NCBI GenBank assembly: GCA_964194555.1
Contig: CAXMMT010000078.1
Span: 10,576 to 74,575 of the forward strand
Direction of reading: 5' to 3'
DNA length: 64,000 nucleotides
Origin: an uncultured Boseongicola sp.
Lineage (GTDB): Bacteria > Actinomycetota > Acidimicrobiia > Spongiisociales > ZC4RG35
The translations under genes were made by a program, and so were the position numbers. The notes under the pieces are model-generated. The model was given only the letters and a program-made list of their open reading frames with translations, had not been told where the DNA came from and searched no databases. Shown here piece after piece: positions 50,811 through 60,675 of the stretch. How positions within the stretch are numbered: the stretch's first letter is position 1; every line of letters begins with the position of its first letter.

Positions 50811-51578
50811 ATGGCCTTCGGTCTTCTCTATCGAATCTACGAGCGACGTCTCAGCGCCGAGCTGGATCATGATCGTCTGCCACAGCACATCGGGGTGGTG
50901 CTCGATGGGCACCGACGACACGCTCGGGAGGAAGGCCTTGCCTCGTACACAGAGTCATACCGGGTGGGTATGGCTCGTTTCGCCGAGTTTCTGGGCTGGG
51001 CCAACGAGTTCGACATCCCGGTTGTCACCGCGTGGGTCCTTTCTAAGGAGAATCTCTCCCGTGATTCCGAGGAGCTCGACCCGTACTTCGAGGTTCTCAT
51101 CGAGCTCTTCAAGAGGCTTCCTGCGCTTTGTGATGACTACGACATGGCGATCAAGTTCATCGGGAGCCTCGATCTGCTGCCCGATCATCTGGTCTCTGCG
51201 GCGAAGAGCGCAGAGGAGGCACACCCCAAAGGCTCGCGAACACTCAACATCGCAATGGGCTACGGGGGGCGTCAGGAGATCGTTGATGCCGCCAAGGACC
51301 TCGTCGCTGAGCTCGTGGAGAGTGGCGTTCCCGAGGATGAGCTTGCAAGTCAGATCAGCTCAGACGCTCTTGCAGCCCACATGTACTCGGCGGATCTGCC
51401 CGATCCTGATCTCTTGATCCGCACTTCGGGCGAGTCCCGTCTCTCCGGGTTCCTGTTGTGGCAGTCGGCATATGCCGAGTTCGTGTTTGTCGATGTCAAC
51501 TGGCCTGCCTTCCGCCATGTCGATTTCCTACGCGCGCTCCGCGACTTCACAGGCAGAACCCGCCGCTTCGGTCAATAA
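50811..51578 (+). CDS. uppS: Isoprenyl transferase (cis-prenyl diphosphate synthase, UppS family)
   Basis: HIGVVLDGHRRHA and the RTSGESRLSGFLLWQSAYAEF C-terminal motif. Confidence 0.8.
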   Translation: MAFGLLYRIYERRLSAELDHDRLPQHIGVVLDGHRRHAREEGLASYTESYRVGMARFAEFLGWANEFDIPVVTAWVLSKENLSRDSEELDPYFEVLIELFKRLPALCDDYDMAIKFIGSLDLLPDHLVSAAKSAEEAHPKGSRTLNIAMGYGGRQEIVDAAKDLVAELVESGVPEDELASQISSDALAAHMYSADLPDPDLLIRTSGESRLSGFLLWQSAYAEFVFVDVNWPAFRHVDFLRALRDFTGRTRRFGQ

Positions 51579-51621
51579 GCCTGTGACTCCGAACAAGGAC
51601 ACCGCAACCCTCGTCGATCAG

Positions 51622-52041
51622 ATGAGACGCCACTACGACGACGGTTGTTTTGCGTGTGGCCGTGAGAATCCTCTCGGTCTTCATCTCGACGGCTTCTCTC
51701 TGGACGAGGGGTTGGTGAGCGCTCGTTTCGATCCTCGAGAGGAATACCGGGGTGCAGGCACTTCACTTCACGGAGGCGTGGCAGCCACAGCCCTCGACGA
51801 GATGCTGGTGTGGGCCGGCATCCTCGATCTGAGGGTGATGTCGGTCACCGCCAAGATGGAGCTCAAGTTCCGGCGGCCCGTTCAGGTGACCGACCCGATC
51901 CTGGTGCGAGCCAGAGTCGATGAGCGCCGGGGGAGAAGGCTGCTCACCTCAGGAGAGCTGTTGGTCGGCGATCGGGTCTGTGTCGAGGCGTCGGGACTCT
52001 ATCTGGTCACGTCGGATCTCGCGGAGTTGGGCATTCTCTGA
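51622..52041 (+). CDS. PaaI/4HBT hotdog-fold thioesterase
   Basis: HGGVAATALDE motif. The start is taken at MRRHY, after the uppS stop. Confidence 0.6.
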   Translation: MRRHYDDGCFACGRENPLGLHLDGFSLDEGLVSARFDPREEYRGAGTSLHGGVAATALDEMLVWAGILDLRVMSVTAKMELKFRRPVQVTDPILVRARVDERRGRRLLTSGELLVGDRVCVEASGLYLVTSDLAELGIL

Positions 52042-52063
52042 CCGGCTCGGGCTGTTAGAAGCT

Positions 52064-52750
52064 TTAGACGGTGACCATCCCTGGGTGGAGGTGGGCGACG
52101 TTGCCAAGTTGTCTCAGGGAGAAGGCCCATCCGGTGCTGATCCTGGTCATGGTCAATCGCGAAACACCGGTATGGGGCTGCCGGAACCGTTCCCACTCCC
52201 AAGGAACGGGTTCGAGGCCAAGCAGGTGGCCGAGAATCACCGCGTTGGTGCCGGCGTGGGCGATGATGATCACTCGCCGGTCGGGTTCGTCGACGGTCCA
52301 TAGGTGACGGTGGTCAGGATCCATCGGGTGAATCCCATGTGCAGCGAGTGTCTCGGCGAGTCCGCTGACGACGCGCTCGTGAAATGCTCTGAATGACTCG
52401 CCACCGGGAAGTCCTTCCCACATCTCCTCCATCGAGCGTGTGTTTGCTTCTTCGAAGTGCCGCTCGATCTCCTCAACAGGTGCTCCTTCCCACTCTGGAG
52501 GATTGTTGATTTCCTGCAACCAGTCGTACACCTCGTGCCCGTGGTCGAGATCGGCGGTGACCAACTCGGCCGTCTGCACCGCGCGAGTCATCGAGGAGAC
52601 CCAAAGCTCGTCGACATCCTCCAGTGATGCAAGGCGGTGGGCCACTCGGGCGGCCTGTGCCTGGCCCAACTCTGTGAGCCCGGGGTCGTTGCGAACCAGT
52701 CTGTCGGGAGCCCAGTCGGGCTGTCCGTGTCTAACCAGGAGGAGATCCAT
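52064..52750 (-). CDS. Histidine phosphatase family protein (phosphoglycerate mutase-like)
   Basis: LLLVRHGQ catalytic RHG motif and SSMTRAVQTAE. The start is MDLLLVRHG; the longer track ORF has a noise-like N-terminus. Confidence 0.7.
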   Translation of the reverse strand: MDLLLVRHGQPDWAPDRLVRNDPGLTELGQAQAARVAHRLASLEDVDELWVSSMTRAVQTAELVTADLDHGHEVYDWLQEINNPPEWEGAPVEEIERHFEEANTRSMEEMWEGLPGGESFRAFHERVVSGLAETLAAHGIHPMDPDHRHLWTVDEPDRRVIIIAHAGTNAVILGHLLGLEPVPWEWERFRQPHTGVSRLTMTRISTGWAFSLRQLGNVAHLHPGMVTV

Positions 52751-52807
52751 GCCTGGAAACCTAGTGGCCCGCAGCCGCTGGTCGTCTGTCGCCAATACGA
52801 TGGGGTC

Positions 52808-53353
52808 GTGACAAGAGACCTTCTGATCGAGCACCTGAAGACCCATGCGTTGAGAACAGATGGCCCGTTCACCCTGCGGTCCGGTGCTGTTTCGTCGTGG
52901 TATCTCGATGCCCGTCAGACCACCTTCGATGGTCGGGGAGCGGGGGTCGTCGGTCGGGCTGTCTATCAGGTTCTCGCCCCTGCTGTCGAGGCGGTCGGCG
53001 GAATGACCATGGGCGCAGACCCGATCGCCATAGCCACGGCGATGGTCGCAGCCGAAGACGGTCGTGATCTCAAGGCGTTCTCGATAAGGAAGACAGCCAA
53101 GGATCACGGCATCGGAGGAAGACTGGTGGGGCCGGTCGGCCCGGGTGCCCGTGTCGCCATCCTCGAAGACACGACAACCACCGGTAGTGCGGCGGTCGAG
53201 GCGGCGCGACATGCCATCGAGGAAGGTCTCGTTATCGTGCAGGCAATTGCACTTTTGGACCGATCAGAGGGACTGGCAGCCCGCAATTTTGCAGAGTTGG
53301 GCATCCCTCATGTGGCGCTGACGACGCCATCTGACCTGGGGGTGGGCACGTGA
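52808..53353 (+). CDS. pyrE: Orotate phosphoribosyltransferase
   Basis: PRPP-binding motif VAILEDTTTTGSAAVEA and FTLRSGAVSSWYLD. GTG start, divergent from the phosphatase gene. Confidence 0.75.
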   Translation: MTRDLLIEHLKTHALRTDGPFTLRSGAVSSWYLDARQTTFDGRGAGVVGRAVYQVLAPAVEAVGGMTMGADPIAIATAMVAAEDGRDLKAFSIRKTAKDHGIGGRLVGPVGPGARVAILEDTTTTGSAAVEAARHAIEEGLVIVQAIALLDRSEGLAARNFAELGIPHVALTTPSDLGVGT

Positions 53354-53946
53354 CCCTTGTCGTGAGGAGATCAGCTGTCAAGATGTGGCTGATGGCCATG
53401 GCGGGTATCCCGCTGCTGGTGATCTCGCTGGACGTTCTGACCAATCGACGCATCACCAACTGGCTCCGCGAGATCGTGTTCAGACCGGAGGACACCCAGA
53501 TTTATGAGCCTCGGGATGTCATCTGGGCGTGGGTAATGGCTTTGTTTGCCGGATTCATCGTTCTGTGGGGACTGAAAGAGCTGTTCCTTCCCACCAAGGT
53601 CCTCGAGTGTCGCGACGAAGGACTGGCGCTGAAGATCAGCGGTCCGTTCCGCCCGCCGTCGCTCCTTCTCTGGGACGACATCGATGATGTCACCGGTGGT
53701 GAGATCAACGATGAGGGTGACGTGGTTCACCTTCTTCTCATCACTGTGTTGAGTCGGGAGGGCCTGCCCGAAACCCCGTGGGGCGCGAGATGGGTCAAGG
53801 ACGACAAGTTGGGTGTGCTGGCAGAGGATTGGTCCGATGACCCATCAGACGTCGCCGACAAAATCATCGATTGCGCGGTGGCTGCGGCACGTAAGTCCAC
53901 GAGAGACCGAGCCGACCGGATGTCAGCGAGCATGGAGGACGAGTGA
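53350..53946 (+). CDS. Hypothetical membrane protein
   Basis: Two N-terminal TM helices. GTG start overlapping the pyrE stop. Confidence 0.4.
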   Translation: MTLVVRRSAVKMWLMAMAGIPLLVISLDVLTNRRITNWLREIVFRPEDTQIYEPRDVIWAWVMALFAGFIVLWGLKELFLPTKVLECRDEGLALKISGPFRPPSLLLWDDIDDVTGGEINDEGDVVHLLLITVLSREGLPETPWGARWVKDDKLGVLAEDWSDDPSDVADKIIDCAVAAARKSTRDRADRMSASMEDE

Positions 53947-54728
53947 GTCTCGTCGGCGCTCACACTCCTTCCGGGGATCCGCTCGCCGAGGCGGAGGCGA
54001 GAGGAGCTGATCTGGTTCAGATCTTCCTCTCCAATCCTCAATCATGGAAGAAACCGCTACCCAGAGATGACGCCGCCGCACTGCGGAGCTCCCCAATCCC
54101 CGTTTACGTCCACGCTCCGTATCTGATCAATGTCTGCGCCGACAACAACCGGGTTCGAATACCGAGCAGGAAGATTCTTCAGGACACATGTGACGCCGCC
54201 GCCGACATCGATGCCACCGCCGTTGTGGTTCATGGCGGTCATGTGACGGGCGACGGTCTCCAGGAGGAAGGGTTCATCCGATGGCGAAGGGCCTTGGAGT
54301 CCCTGGATACGGACATGTTGGTCCTGATCGAGAACACCGCCGGTGGGGAAAAGGCATTGGCACGTCGTGTCGAGTGGATGGCGCGCCTATGGGATGAGAT
54401 TGGCGGTTTTGGCGTTGGCCTGGTTCTGGACACCTGTCACTCGTGGGCCGGCGGCGAGCCGTTCGACGGTCTCGTCGAGCGAGTCCTGGAGGCCACGGGG
54501 CGTATCGACCTGGTGCACGCCAACGATTCCAAGGACCTTTTCGACTCGCGCCGGGACCGTCATCAGAATCTCGGCAAGGGGGAGATCCCTATCGAAGACC
54601 TGGCCCGGGAAATCGCCGTTGCCGGCGCCCCGATCGTGGTGGAGACACCGGGCGGGGTCGATTGCCAAGTCACCGACATCGAGTGGGTGCGTCAAGCATG
54701 TGCAGGCACGCGGGCCGGGCCCACTTAA
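53943..54728 (+). CDS. nfo: Deoxyribonuclease IV (AP endonuclease family 2)
   Basis: Xylose-isomerase-like TIM barrel with metal-ligand motifs ([27 protein letters not shown]). Confidence 0.75.
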   Translation: MSLVGAHTPSGDPLAEAEARGADLVQIFLSNPQSWKKPLPRDDAAALRSSPIPVYVHAPYLINVCADNNRVRIPSRKILQDTCDAAADIDATAVVVHGGHVTGDGLQEEGFIRWRRALESLDTDMLVLIENTAGGEKALARRVEWMARLWDEIGGFGVGLVLDTCHSWAGGEPFDGLVERVLEATGRIDLVHANDSKDLFDSRRDRHQNLGKGEIPIEDLAREIAVAGAPIVVETPGGVDCQVTDIEWVRQACAGTRAGPT

Positions 54729-54740
54729 CCGCGCACCCCG

Positions 54741-55193
54741 ATGACTTCGACCACGAAATGCACGGTGATTCTCCTGTCTCTCGTTCTGGCGGTATCCGCT
54801 TGTTCCGGGGCAACTCCAACCTCGGCTCTTCGCGAGGCTGGGATTGAAGTTGGTGGCGAGCCTCTGACTGTCTGGGTCGCCGACCAACCCATCGAGCGTC
54901 AGCAGGGCCTGATGGGGGTCGATCGGCTTCCTGGTGGCATAGACGGGATGCTCTTCGTCTACGAGTCGGAGCAGTCGACGACATTCTCCATGTTCAACAC
55001 GCCAATGACCCTCGACATCTGGTGGTTCGATTCGGATGGCGTCCTTGTCGGATCGGCGGAGATGGAGCCGTGCTTTGCCAAGCCATGCACGTTCTACCGG
55101 TCACCGGGGCCGATTGAATCGGTGCTGGAGACTCCTCAAGGCAGGTACTACTTTCGGCCCGGCATGGGTCTCTCGACTATCGACAGCAGCTGA
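54741..55193 (+). CDS. DUF192 family lipoprotein
   Basis: Lipobox LAVSAC and the DUF192 pattern (PLTVWVADQPIERQQGLMG...DGMLFVY...MFNTPMTLDIWWFDSDG). Confidence 0.6.
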   Translation: MTSTTKCTVILLSLVLAVSACSGATPTSALREAGIEVGGEPLTVWVADQPIERQQGLMGVDRLPGGIDGMLFVYESEQSTTFSMFNTPMTLDIWWFDSDGVLVGSAEMEPCFAKPCTFYRSPGPIESVLETPQGRYYFRPGMGLSTIDSS

Positions 55194-55303
55194 CGTCGTC
55201 TACCATTTAGCGCTGCACCGGCGTCTCGCGCCGCACGGTGCGACGAAACCCCTGCTCCATCATGTTGGTGGGGCCTTCCGACCGGATGTCCATAGGAGGT
55301 CAC

Positions 55304-55591
55304 ATGCGCGGTTATGAGATAATGACGATTCATCGGCCAGATCTGACCGAAGACGACGTCGAGGCCAAGATCACCGAACTCGAGTCGTATCTCTCAGACA
55401 GCGGTGCCACAGTCACCAAACGCGATATCTGGGGCAAACGCAGATTCGCCTACAAGATCGACCACATGTCAGAAGGCTTCTACTCGGTGCTTTCCGTTCA
55501 GGCCGAGCCCGGCGCCGTTGACTCGATCGACCGAATGCTCACCCTCACCGATGAGGTCGTGAGGCACAAGATCGTTCGTCCGGGCGAATAG
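55304..55591 (+). CDS. rpsF: 30S ribosomal protein S6
   Basis: MRGYEIMTIHRPDL...RRFAYKIDH. Start of the rpsF-ssb-rpsR-rplI operon. Confidence 0.85.
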   Translation: MRGYEIMTIHRPDLTEDDVEAKITELESYLSDSGATVTKRDIWGKRRFAYKIDHMSEGFYSVLSVQAEPGAVDSIDRMLTLTDEVVRHKIVRPGE

Positions 55592-55654
55592 CACTGGATT
55601 CCGTCCCACCGGCACGGCATAGTCGAGTGTGAGACAGGAATAGAGGAGAAACAG

Positions 55655-56107
55655 ATGTCAAATAACGTCACTCTCATCGGCAACCTCGTCGATGACCCAG
55701 AACTCCGGTTCACCCCGTCGGGTGTCGCCATGGCAAAGATCCGAATGGCCGTCAACCGTCGCTGGCGCGGTCAGGACGGCGAATGGCAGGAGAGCACCAG
55801 CTTTTTCACTGGGACCATCTGGCGCGAACAGGCCGAGCAGGTGGCCGAGTCGCTGCAGAAGGGGGCGAGGGTGATCGTGAGCGGTCGTCTCGAGCAGCGG
55901 AGCTGGGAGACCCAGGAAGGCGATAAGCGCTCCGTTGTGGAGATTCAGATCGACGAGATCGGGCCGTCACTGCGCTGGGCCACTGCCACTGTCAATAAGA
56001 CCCAGCGTCAGGGGGGCGACTGGTCAAACGACAAGAAGTCCGACAGCACGCCGGCGACGACGCCCGTGGCCCGTGATGACTTTGGGCCCGATGAAGCACC
56101 TTTCTAG
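55655..56107 (+). CDS. ssb: Single-stranded DNA-binding protein
   Basis: OB-fold N-terminus ([19 protein letters not shown]) and acidic C-terminal tail [10 protein letters not shown]. Confidence 0.9.
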   Translation: MSNNVTLIGNLVDDPELRFTPSGVAMAKIRMAVNRRWRGQDGEWQESTSFFTGTIWREQAEQVAESLQKGARVIVSGRLEQRSWETQEGDKRSVVEIQIDEIGPSLRWATATVNKTQRQGGDWSNDKKSDSTPATTPVARDDFGPDEAPF

Positions 56108-56118
56108 GAGACTATTCA

Positions 56119-56391
56119 ATGCCACGTAAGAACAAGAGAGCCCCGCGGGCAACCAGAGGGGGTCGACGCGAGACCTATCGTAGGGGCAAACCGAAGCCTT
56201 GCGCCGTCTGTGCTCAGGGTGGTGCTCTCGATTGGAAGGACGCGTCGTTTCTGCGCAAGTTCGTCTCGGATCGAGGAAAGATCCGCAGTCGCCGCGTGTC
56301 GGGTCTGTGCCCGCGTGATCAGCGCAGAGTGGCCACGGCCGTCAAGAACGCTCGCGAGATGGCACTTCTCCCCTATGTAGGCACTCGATGA
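56119..56391 (+). CDS. rpsR: 30S ribosomal protein S18
   Basis: CAVC...DWKD...[20 protein letters not shown]. Confidence 0.9.
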   Translation: MPRKNKRAPRATRGGRRETYRRGKPKPCAVCAQGGALDWKDASFLRKFVSDRGKIRSRRVSGLCPRDQRRVATAVKNAREMALLPYVGTR

Positions 56392-56834
56392 AGCTGATTC
56401 TCACGTCTGACGTGGTGGATCTGGGCAAGCGCGGCGATGTTGTCGACGTTGCCGACGGATTCGCCCGCAACTATCTGCTGCCACGGAAGTACGCCATCAA
56501 GGCAAACGATGGCGCCCTTGCGGCGGCTGAGAACATCCGCGAGACCCGTCTTGCAACCGAGCGCAAGGCGAAGGATCTCGCAGAGGCGATAGCCACCCAG
56601 CTCGTGGGTAGCCGTGTGGTTCTCGCGGCCCAGGCGGGCGACGAGGGCCAGCTCTACGGGTCGGTTTCGGTCGCCGATGTCGTTGAGGGCATCAAGCGTT
56701 TCACCGGTATCGAGTTGGAGAAGAGTCAGGTTGAGATGGACGAGTCGATCAAGGCGATCGGTCTCCACGAGATCCAGATAAAGGTCCACACCGAGGTGGA
56801 GTTCCCTCTCACCCTCGACATCATTCCGGCCTGA
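56388..56834 (+). CDS. rplI: 50S ribosomal protein L9
   Basis: [32 protein letters not shown]. Confidence 0.9.
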   Translation: MKLILTSDVVDLGKRGDVVDVADGFARNYLLPRKYAIKANDGALAAAENIRETRLATERKAKDLAEAIATQLVGSRVVLAAQAGDEGQLYGSVSVADVVEGIKRFTGIELEKSQVEMDESIKAIGLHEIQIKVHTEVEFPLTLDIIPA

Positions 56835-57050
56835 TCCACTCGATCTAGTCACAAGTTTCGCGGTTGACTGTCAATCTCTTCCACCGCGAAAAACAATCAT
56901 CGCTTTGAGTTGGGGTGAGGTGTGCGGTGGTCTATGTTCGGTCCACTTCCCCCGCTGAAGGCGGTTTCCACTTCCCCGTCCGGCGGGGTCTTGCGCGTCG
57001 AGACCCAAATCTGTCGGTGGCATGTGGCATCTTGTTTGGAGAGGACGTAA

Positions 57051-58403
57051 ATGACTGGAATGACCGAACAAAGCGAGTTGCGGCCTGGTTACCGCAATCC
57101 TCCCCACTCGCGTGAGGCAGAGGAGTCGATCATCGGGGCTTTGCTCCTCTCTGTGGACGCGGTCAATGACGTCATGGATCACATTCATCCAGAGGACTTC
57201 TACGTGCCGGCGCACCAGGCCATCTTCGAGGGCATGCGAGAGCTCTTCGACTCCAATCAGGCGATCGATGCCGTCACCGTCTCCGAGGTCTTGCGACGGC
57301 ATGGCGAGCTGGAGAAGGTTGGCGGGGTTCAATACCTGGCGCGTCTGGTTGACATCGTTCCCTCAACCTCCAACATCTCCTATTACGCGGGAATAGTCGA
57401 GGAGCACGCCAAACGACGCGAGTTGATCCGTGCCGGAGCCTCGGTCACCGATGTGGCTTTCAACCTCGACGAGGAGATCGCCATGGTGCTCGACCGGGCA
57501 GAGCAGGCTGTGCTCGGTGTCGCCGAGAGACGCTCTTCGCAGACTCTTGTCGAAGTGGGACCGATGCTGAGCGATGTCCTCGAGCAGATCGAGTTGATGG
57601 AGCAAAGAGGAAGTGAGCTCACCGGGCTGGCCACCGGCTACATGGATCTCGACCGGAAACTGGCTGGTCTTCAACCGGCCAACCTCATTGTCGTGGCATC
57701 GAGGCCGGGCATGGGGAAGAGCTCGTTGGCCCTGGGTATCGCGATCAATGTGGCCGCTCAGGACGAGTCCGTGGCGATTTTTTCCCTGGAAATGTCGAAG
57801 GAGGAACTGGTCCAGAGGATCCTGTCTTCTGTGGGGAAGGTCGACTCGATGAAACTCCGAGCGGGTCAATTGGGCCCGCTCTGGCAAAGGGTGGTCGATG
57901 CCGCAGGGAGAATGTACAAAGCGCCTATCTACATCGATGACTCCCCTGTGGTCACGGTCACCGACATCCGGGCCAAGTGCCGTCGGCTAAAGCGAAGGAA
58001 GGGACTCTCCCTTGTCGTGGTCGACTATTTGCAATTGATGGAGTCGTCCAAGCGAGAAAATCGCCAACAAGAGATTTCGGAGATCACCAGGAATCTCAAG
58101 AACCTCGCCAGAGAGCTCGGAGTTCCGATCATCGCGTTGTCTCAGTTGAACCGGTCACTGGAGCAGAGGGAGGATAAGCGCCCACGGCTTGCCGACCTCC
58201 GGGAGTCCGGGGCGATCGAGCAGGATGCCGACGTGGTGATGTTCATCTACCGCCACGAGTACTACCACCCCGAGGATCAAGAGAAGAGGGGAATAGCCGA
58301 GGTGATCGTCGCCAAGCACCGCGCCGGTTCGACGGGTCCGGTGGAGATGACGTTTCAACCCGAGTTCACTCGGTTCGCCAACCTGGGTCGTGACGTCAGC
58401 TGA
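57051..58403 (+). CDS. dnaB: Replicative DNA helicase DnaB (no intein)
   Basis: N-terminal domain PHSREAEESIIGALL, Walker A SRPGMGKSSLAL, and a RecA-like fold. The 450-aa length excludes an intein. Confidence 0.9.
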   Translation: MTGMTEQSELRPGYRNPPHSREAEESIIGALLLSVDAVNDVMDHIHPEDFYVPAHQAIFEGMRELFDSNQAIDAVTVSEVLRRHGELEKVGGVQYLARLVDIVPSTSNISYYAGIVEEHAKRRELIRAGASVTDVAFNLDEEIAMVLDRAEQAVLGVAERRSSQTLVEVGPMLSDVLEQIELMEQRGSELTGLATGYMDLDRKLAGLQPANLIVVASRPGMGKSSLALGIAINVAAQDESVAIFSLEMSKEELVQRILSSVGKVDSMKLRAGQLGPLWQRVVDAAGRMYKAPIYIDDSPVVTVTDIRAKCRRLKRRKGLSLVVVDYLQLMESSKRENRQQEISEITRNLKNLARELGVPIIALSQLNRSLEQREDKRPRLADLRESGAIEQDADVVMFIYRHEYYHPEDQEKRGIAEVIVAKHRAGSTGPVEMTFQPEFTRFANLGRDVS

Positions 58404-58417
58404 CTTCCTTCTTGACA

Positions 58418-58458
58418 TGACTAACACCCTTAGTTAGAATAACTAAGATCATTAGTCA
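58418..58458. promoter_or_regulatory. Nested palindromic operator plus promoter upstream of the SRPBCC-TetR operon
   Basis: TGACTAA-N5-CTTAGTTA-GAA-TAACTAAG-ATCA-TTAGTCA, with TTGACA at 58412. Confidence 0.45.
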
Positions 58459-58479
58459 CAACTATCGAGGAGGATCACA

Positions 58480-58998
58480 ATGACTTCTTCTGATCGTCGA
58501 TCAGATTCGTTTCTTCGGGCGTCGCTTTTGGGCAGTGCCAGAGGTGTTCACCCAAGGCGTCTCGTTACCGAGATAGAGATCGACGCGAGTTCCGACGCCG
58601 TGTGGGATGTGCTGACCGACCTGTCCGAGTATCAAGACTGGAACCCGTTCGTTGTGGCCGGATCGGGTGAGGTGGCCGTTGGTGAGCAAATCGAGATCCG
58701 CATGAGGCAGTCGGAAGGCAGCGACACGACGTTCAAGCCGATTGTGACCGAGGCGACTTCACCGAGCACCTTCGAGTGGTTGGGGCGCCTCGCCATACCC
58801 GGGTTGTTTTCGGGTCGCCATCGATTTGATCTCCTGTCCAGTGAGACCGGGACGCGAGTTGTCCACTCAGAGGAATTCAGCGGTGTGCTGGTCCCGCTGC
58901 TGTGGAATTCCCTCGATCGCAAGACAAGAGGAGGGTTTGAGGCCATGAATGTGGCAATGAAGGAGCGGGTTGAGGCGAGGACGCCTCCGATCGTCTGA
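58480..58998 (+). CDS. SRPBCC (START / polyketide cyclase-like) family protein
   Basis: SRPBCC-like beta-grip sequence with a WDVLTDLSEYQDWNPF element. Confidence 0.6.
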   Translation: MTSSDRRSDSFLRASLLGSARGVHPRRLVTEIEIDASSDAVWDVLTDLSEYQDWNPFVVAGSGEVAVGEQIEIRMRQSEGSDTTFKPIVTEATSPSTFEWLGRLAIPGLFSGRHRFDLLSSETGTRVVHSEEFSGVLVPLLWNSLDRKTRGGFEAMNVAMKERVEARTPPIV

Positions 58999-59579
58999 TG
59001 GGTCGAAAAGCGGGGATCACGCTCGAAGACGTTGTGGAGACGGCAGCGACCATTGCTGATAGTCATGGGCTCGAAGCCGCCACACTCACCGCAGTCGCCG
59101 GTGAGCTTGGCATCAAGACGCCTTCTCTCTACAACCACGTCAAAGGGATCTCCGGGATGAGAAGACTCCTGGCCGTTCACGGCTCGCAGCTGCTGCTGAG
59201 AACGTTCGAAGAGGCAATTGGAGACCTAGAAGGAGCTGAGGCTCTTCGATCCATAGCCCAAGCCGATCGGCAGTTCGCCCGCGATCACCGTGGGCTCTAC
59301 GACTCCTTCCTACCGGCTCCCAAACCCGACGAAGACGCTGAACTGTATGAAGCGATGGCCGAACCGGTGTTTCTGGTTGCACACGTGCTGTTGGACATGG
59401 GGATTCCCCAGAGTGAGGCGATTCATCTGATCCGAGCCCTGCGGGCGCTGTTGCATGGATTTCTCGACCTCGAAGCGAAGGAAGGCTTCGGAATGCCGAT
59501 AGGGATCGATGCGAGTTTCGATGCTTCTGTCGACCTGATCATCGCAGGTATCGAGACAGCCGCGGCAAACTCCAAGTAG
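58998..59579 (+). CDS. TetR/AcrR family transcriptional regulator
   Basis: N-terminal HTH ITLEDVVETAATIADSHGLEAATLTAVAGELGIKTPSLYNHV. Confidence 0.75.
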   Translation: MGRKAGITLEDVVETAATIADSHGLEAATLTAVAGELGIKTPSLYNHVKGISGMRRLLAVHGSQLLLRTFEEAIGDLEGAEALRSIAQADRQFARDHRGLYDSFLPAPKPDEDAELYEAMAEPVFLVAHVLLDMGIPQSEAIHLIRALRALLHGFLDLEAKEGFGMPIGIDASFDASVDLIIAGIETAAANSK

Positions 59580-59583
59580 ACGA

Positions 59584-59605
59584 GCGGCAACCAGAAGGTT
59601 GCCGC
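59584..59605. terminator. Stem-loop between the convergent TetR and dcd genes
   Basis: GCGGCAACC-AGAA-GGTTGCCGC, a perfect 9-bp stem. There is no U-tract on either strand. Confidence 0.4.
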
Positions 59606-59753
59606 TGGAGGGGTTCGTCGCTTGCCCGTGGAGCAAAAAGCTCCCGAGGGGGACTCGTTACGGGCAGGGACTCACTCAGTCCTCAGTTTGCCCACTCGGA
59701 GTGGTGAATGTGGCCCTGATGGCACACATTGAGAATATGCACAGACGCGCTAG

Positions 59754-60329
59754 TTACCTTTCCGATGAGTCGAAGTCTCGATGGGATCGACTCGCAGTCG
59801 GGCCCGATTGGCCCTGATACTTGGACCCGAGCTCCGGGGATCCATAGGGGAACTCCGCCGCGGTGGTCATCTGATAGAAGCTGATCTGCCCGATCTTCAT
59901 GCCGTGGTAGATGGCGATGGGCAGCGTGGCGACGTTGGAGAGCTCCAGAGTGATGTGGCCTTCGAATCCGGGGTCGATGAATCCGGCCGTGGAGTGGATG
60001 AGGAGCCCAAGCCGGCCCAGGGAGGATTTGCCTTCGAGTCTTGCAACGACGTCGTTGCCCAGCTTGATCCGCTCAAGAGTCGATCCGAGCACGAACTCGC
60101 CTGGATGCAACATGAAAGGCTCGTCCTCGCCCATTTGGACGAGTTGGGTCAGGTCATCCTGTGGCGAACGGGGATCGATTTTCGAGTAGCGGTGATTCAC
60201 AAAGACCCTGAACCCGTTTCCAACCCGGAGGTCGACCGAGGATGGCTGTACGAAGGCCGGCTCGTAGGGGTCGATGACTATCGAACCGCTCTCGATGGCG
60301 TCGCGGATGGATCGGTCGGAGAAGATCAT
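59754..60329 (-). CDS. dcd: dCTP deaminase
   Basis: Dcd trimer signature. Start at [12 protein letters not shown]. Confidence 0.85.
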   Translation of the reverse strand: MIFSDRSIRDAIESGSIVIDPYEPAFVQPSSVDLRVGNGFRVFVNHRYSKIDPRSPQDDLTQLVQMGEDEPFMLHPGEFVLGSTLERIKLGNDVVARLEGKSSLGRLGLLIHSTAGFIDPGFEGHITLELSNVATLPIAIYHGMKIGQISFYQMTTAAEFPYGSPELGSKYQGQSGPTASRSHRDFDSSER

Positions 60330-60472
60330 CGGACGGGCATGGTAGGTGTCACCCACAAGAACGGCCATCGCCGCCACCAGAAGCGAACCTGAGGAAACCG
60401 CCCCCATATACGGGCGTAACTACCTCAGGTTCGGGTGACGGCTGGTTCGGGTGACGGCTGGAGCGGTCGACG

Positions 60473-60546
60473 TGGAGCGGGTGACGGGAATCGGACCCGC
60501 GTCCCGAGCTTGGGAAGCTCGTGTTCTACCATTGAACTACACCCGC
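60473..60546 (-). tRNA. tRNA-Gly (anticodon CCC)
   Basis: The reverse complement GCGGGTGTAGTTCAATGGTAGAACACGAGCTTCCCAAGCTCGGGACGCGGGTCCGATTCCCGTCACCCGCTCCA folds as a cloverleaf with anticodon loop CUUCCCAAG and encoded CCA. Confidence 0.85.
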
Positions 60547-60675
60547 TGAGAGCCCAGAATAGCCCACACTCCACTCTCGGCTATCTGCTCGACCGTACGA
60601 CTGTCGATGGTGGTTGTTCGTCTTGGGTCGGCTAAGTTCTCCGTTGCTCCCAATTCTTCGAGAAACGAGAAACTC

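Noticed and set aside
50521-51417. 298-aa plus ORF spanning hlyIII and uppS in another frame
   Set aside because: It overlaps two well-supported genes, including uppS in a different frame on the same strand. The composition is Ser/Arg-rich, typical of off-frame translation.
59599-59817. 72-aa ORF in the TetR-dcd convergent intergenic region
   Set aside because: No RBS or motif. The region contains terminator-like hairpins and is more likely non-coding.
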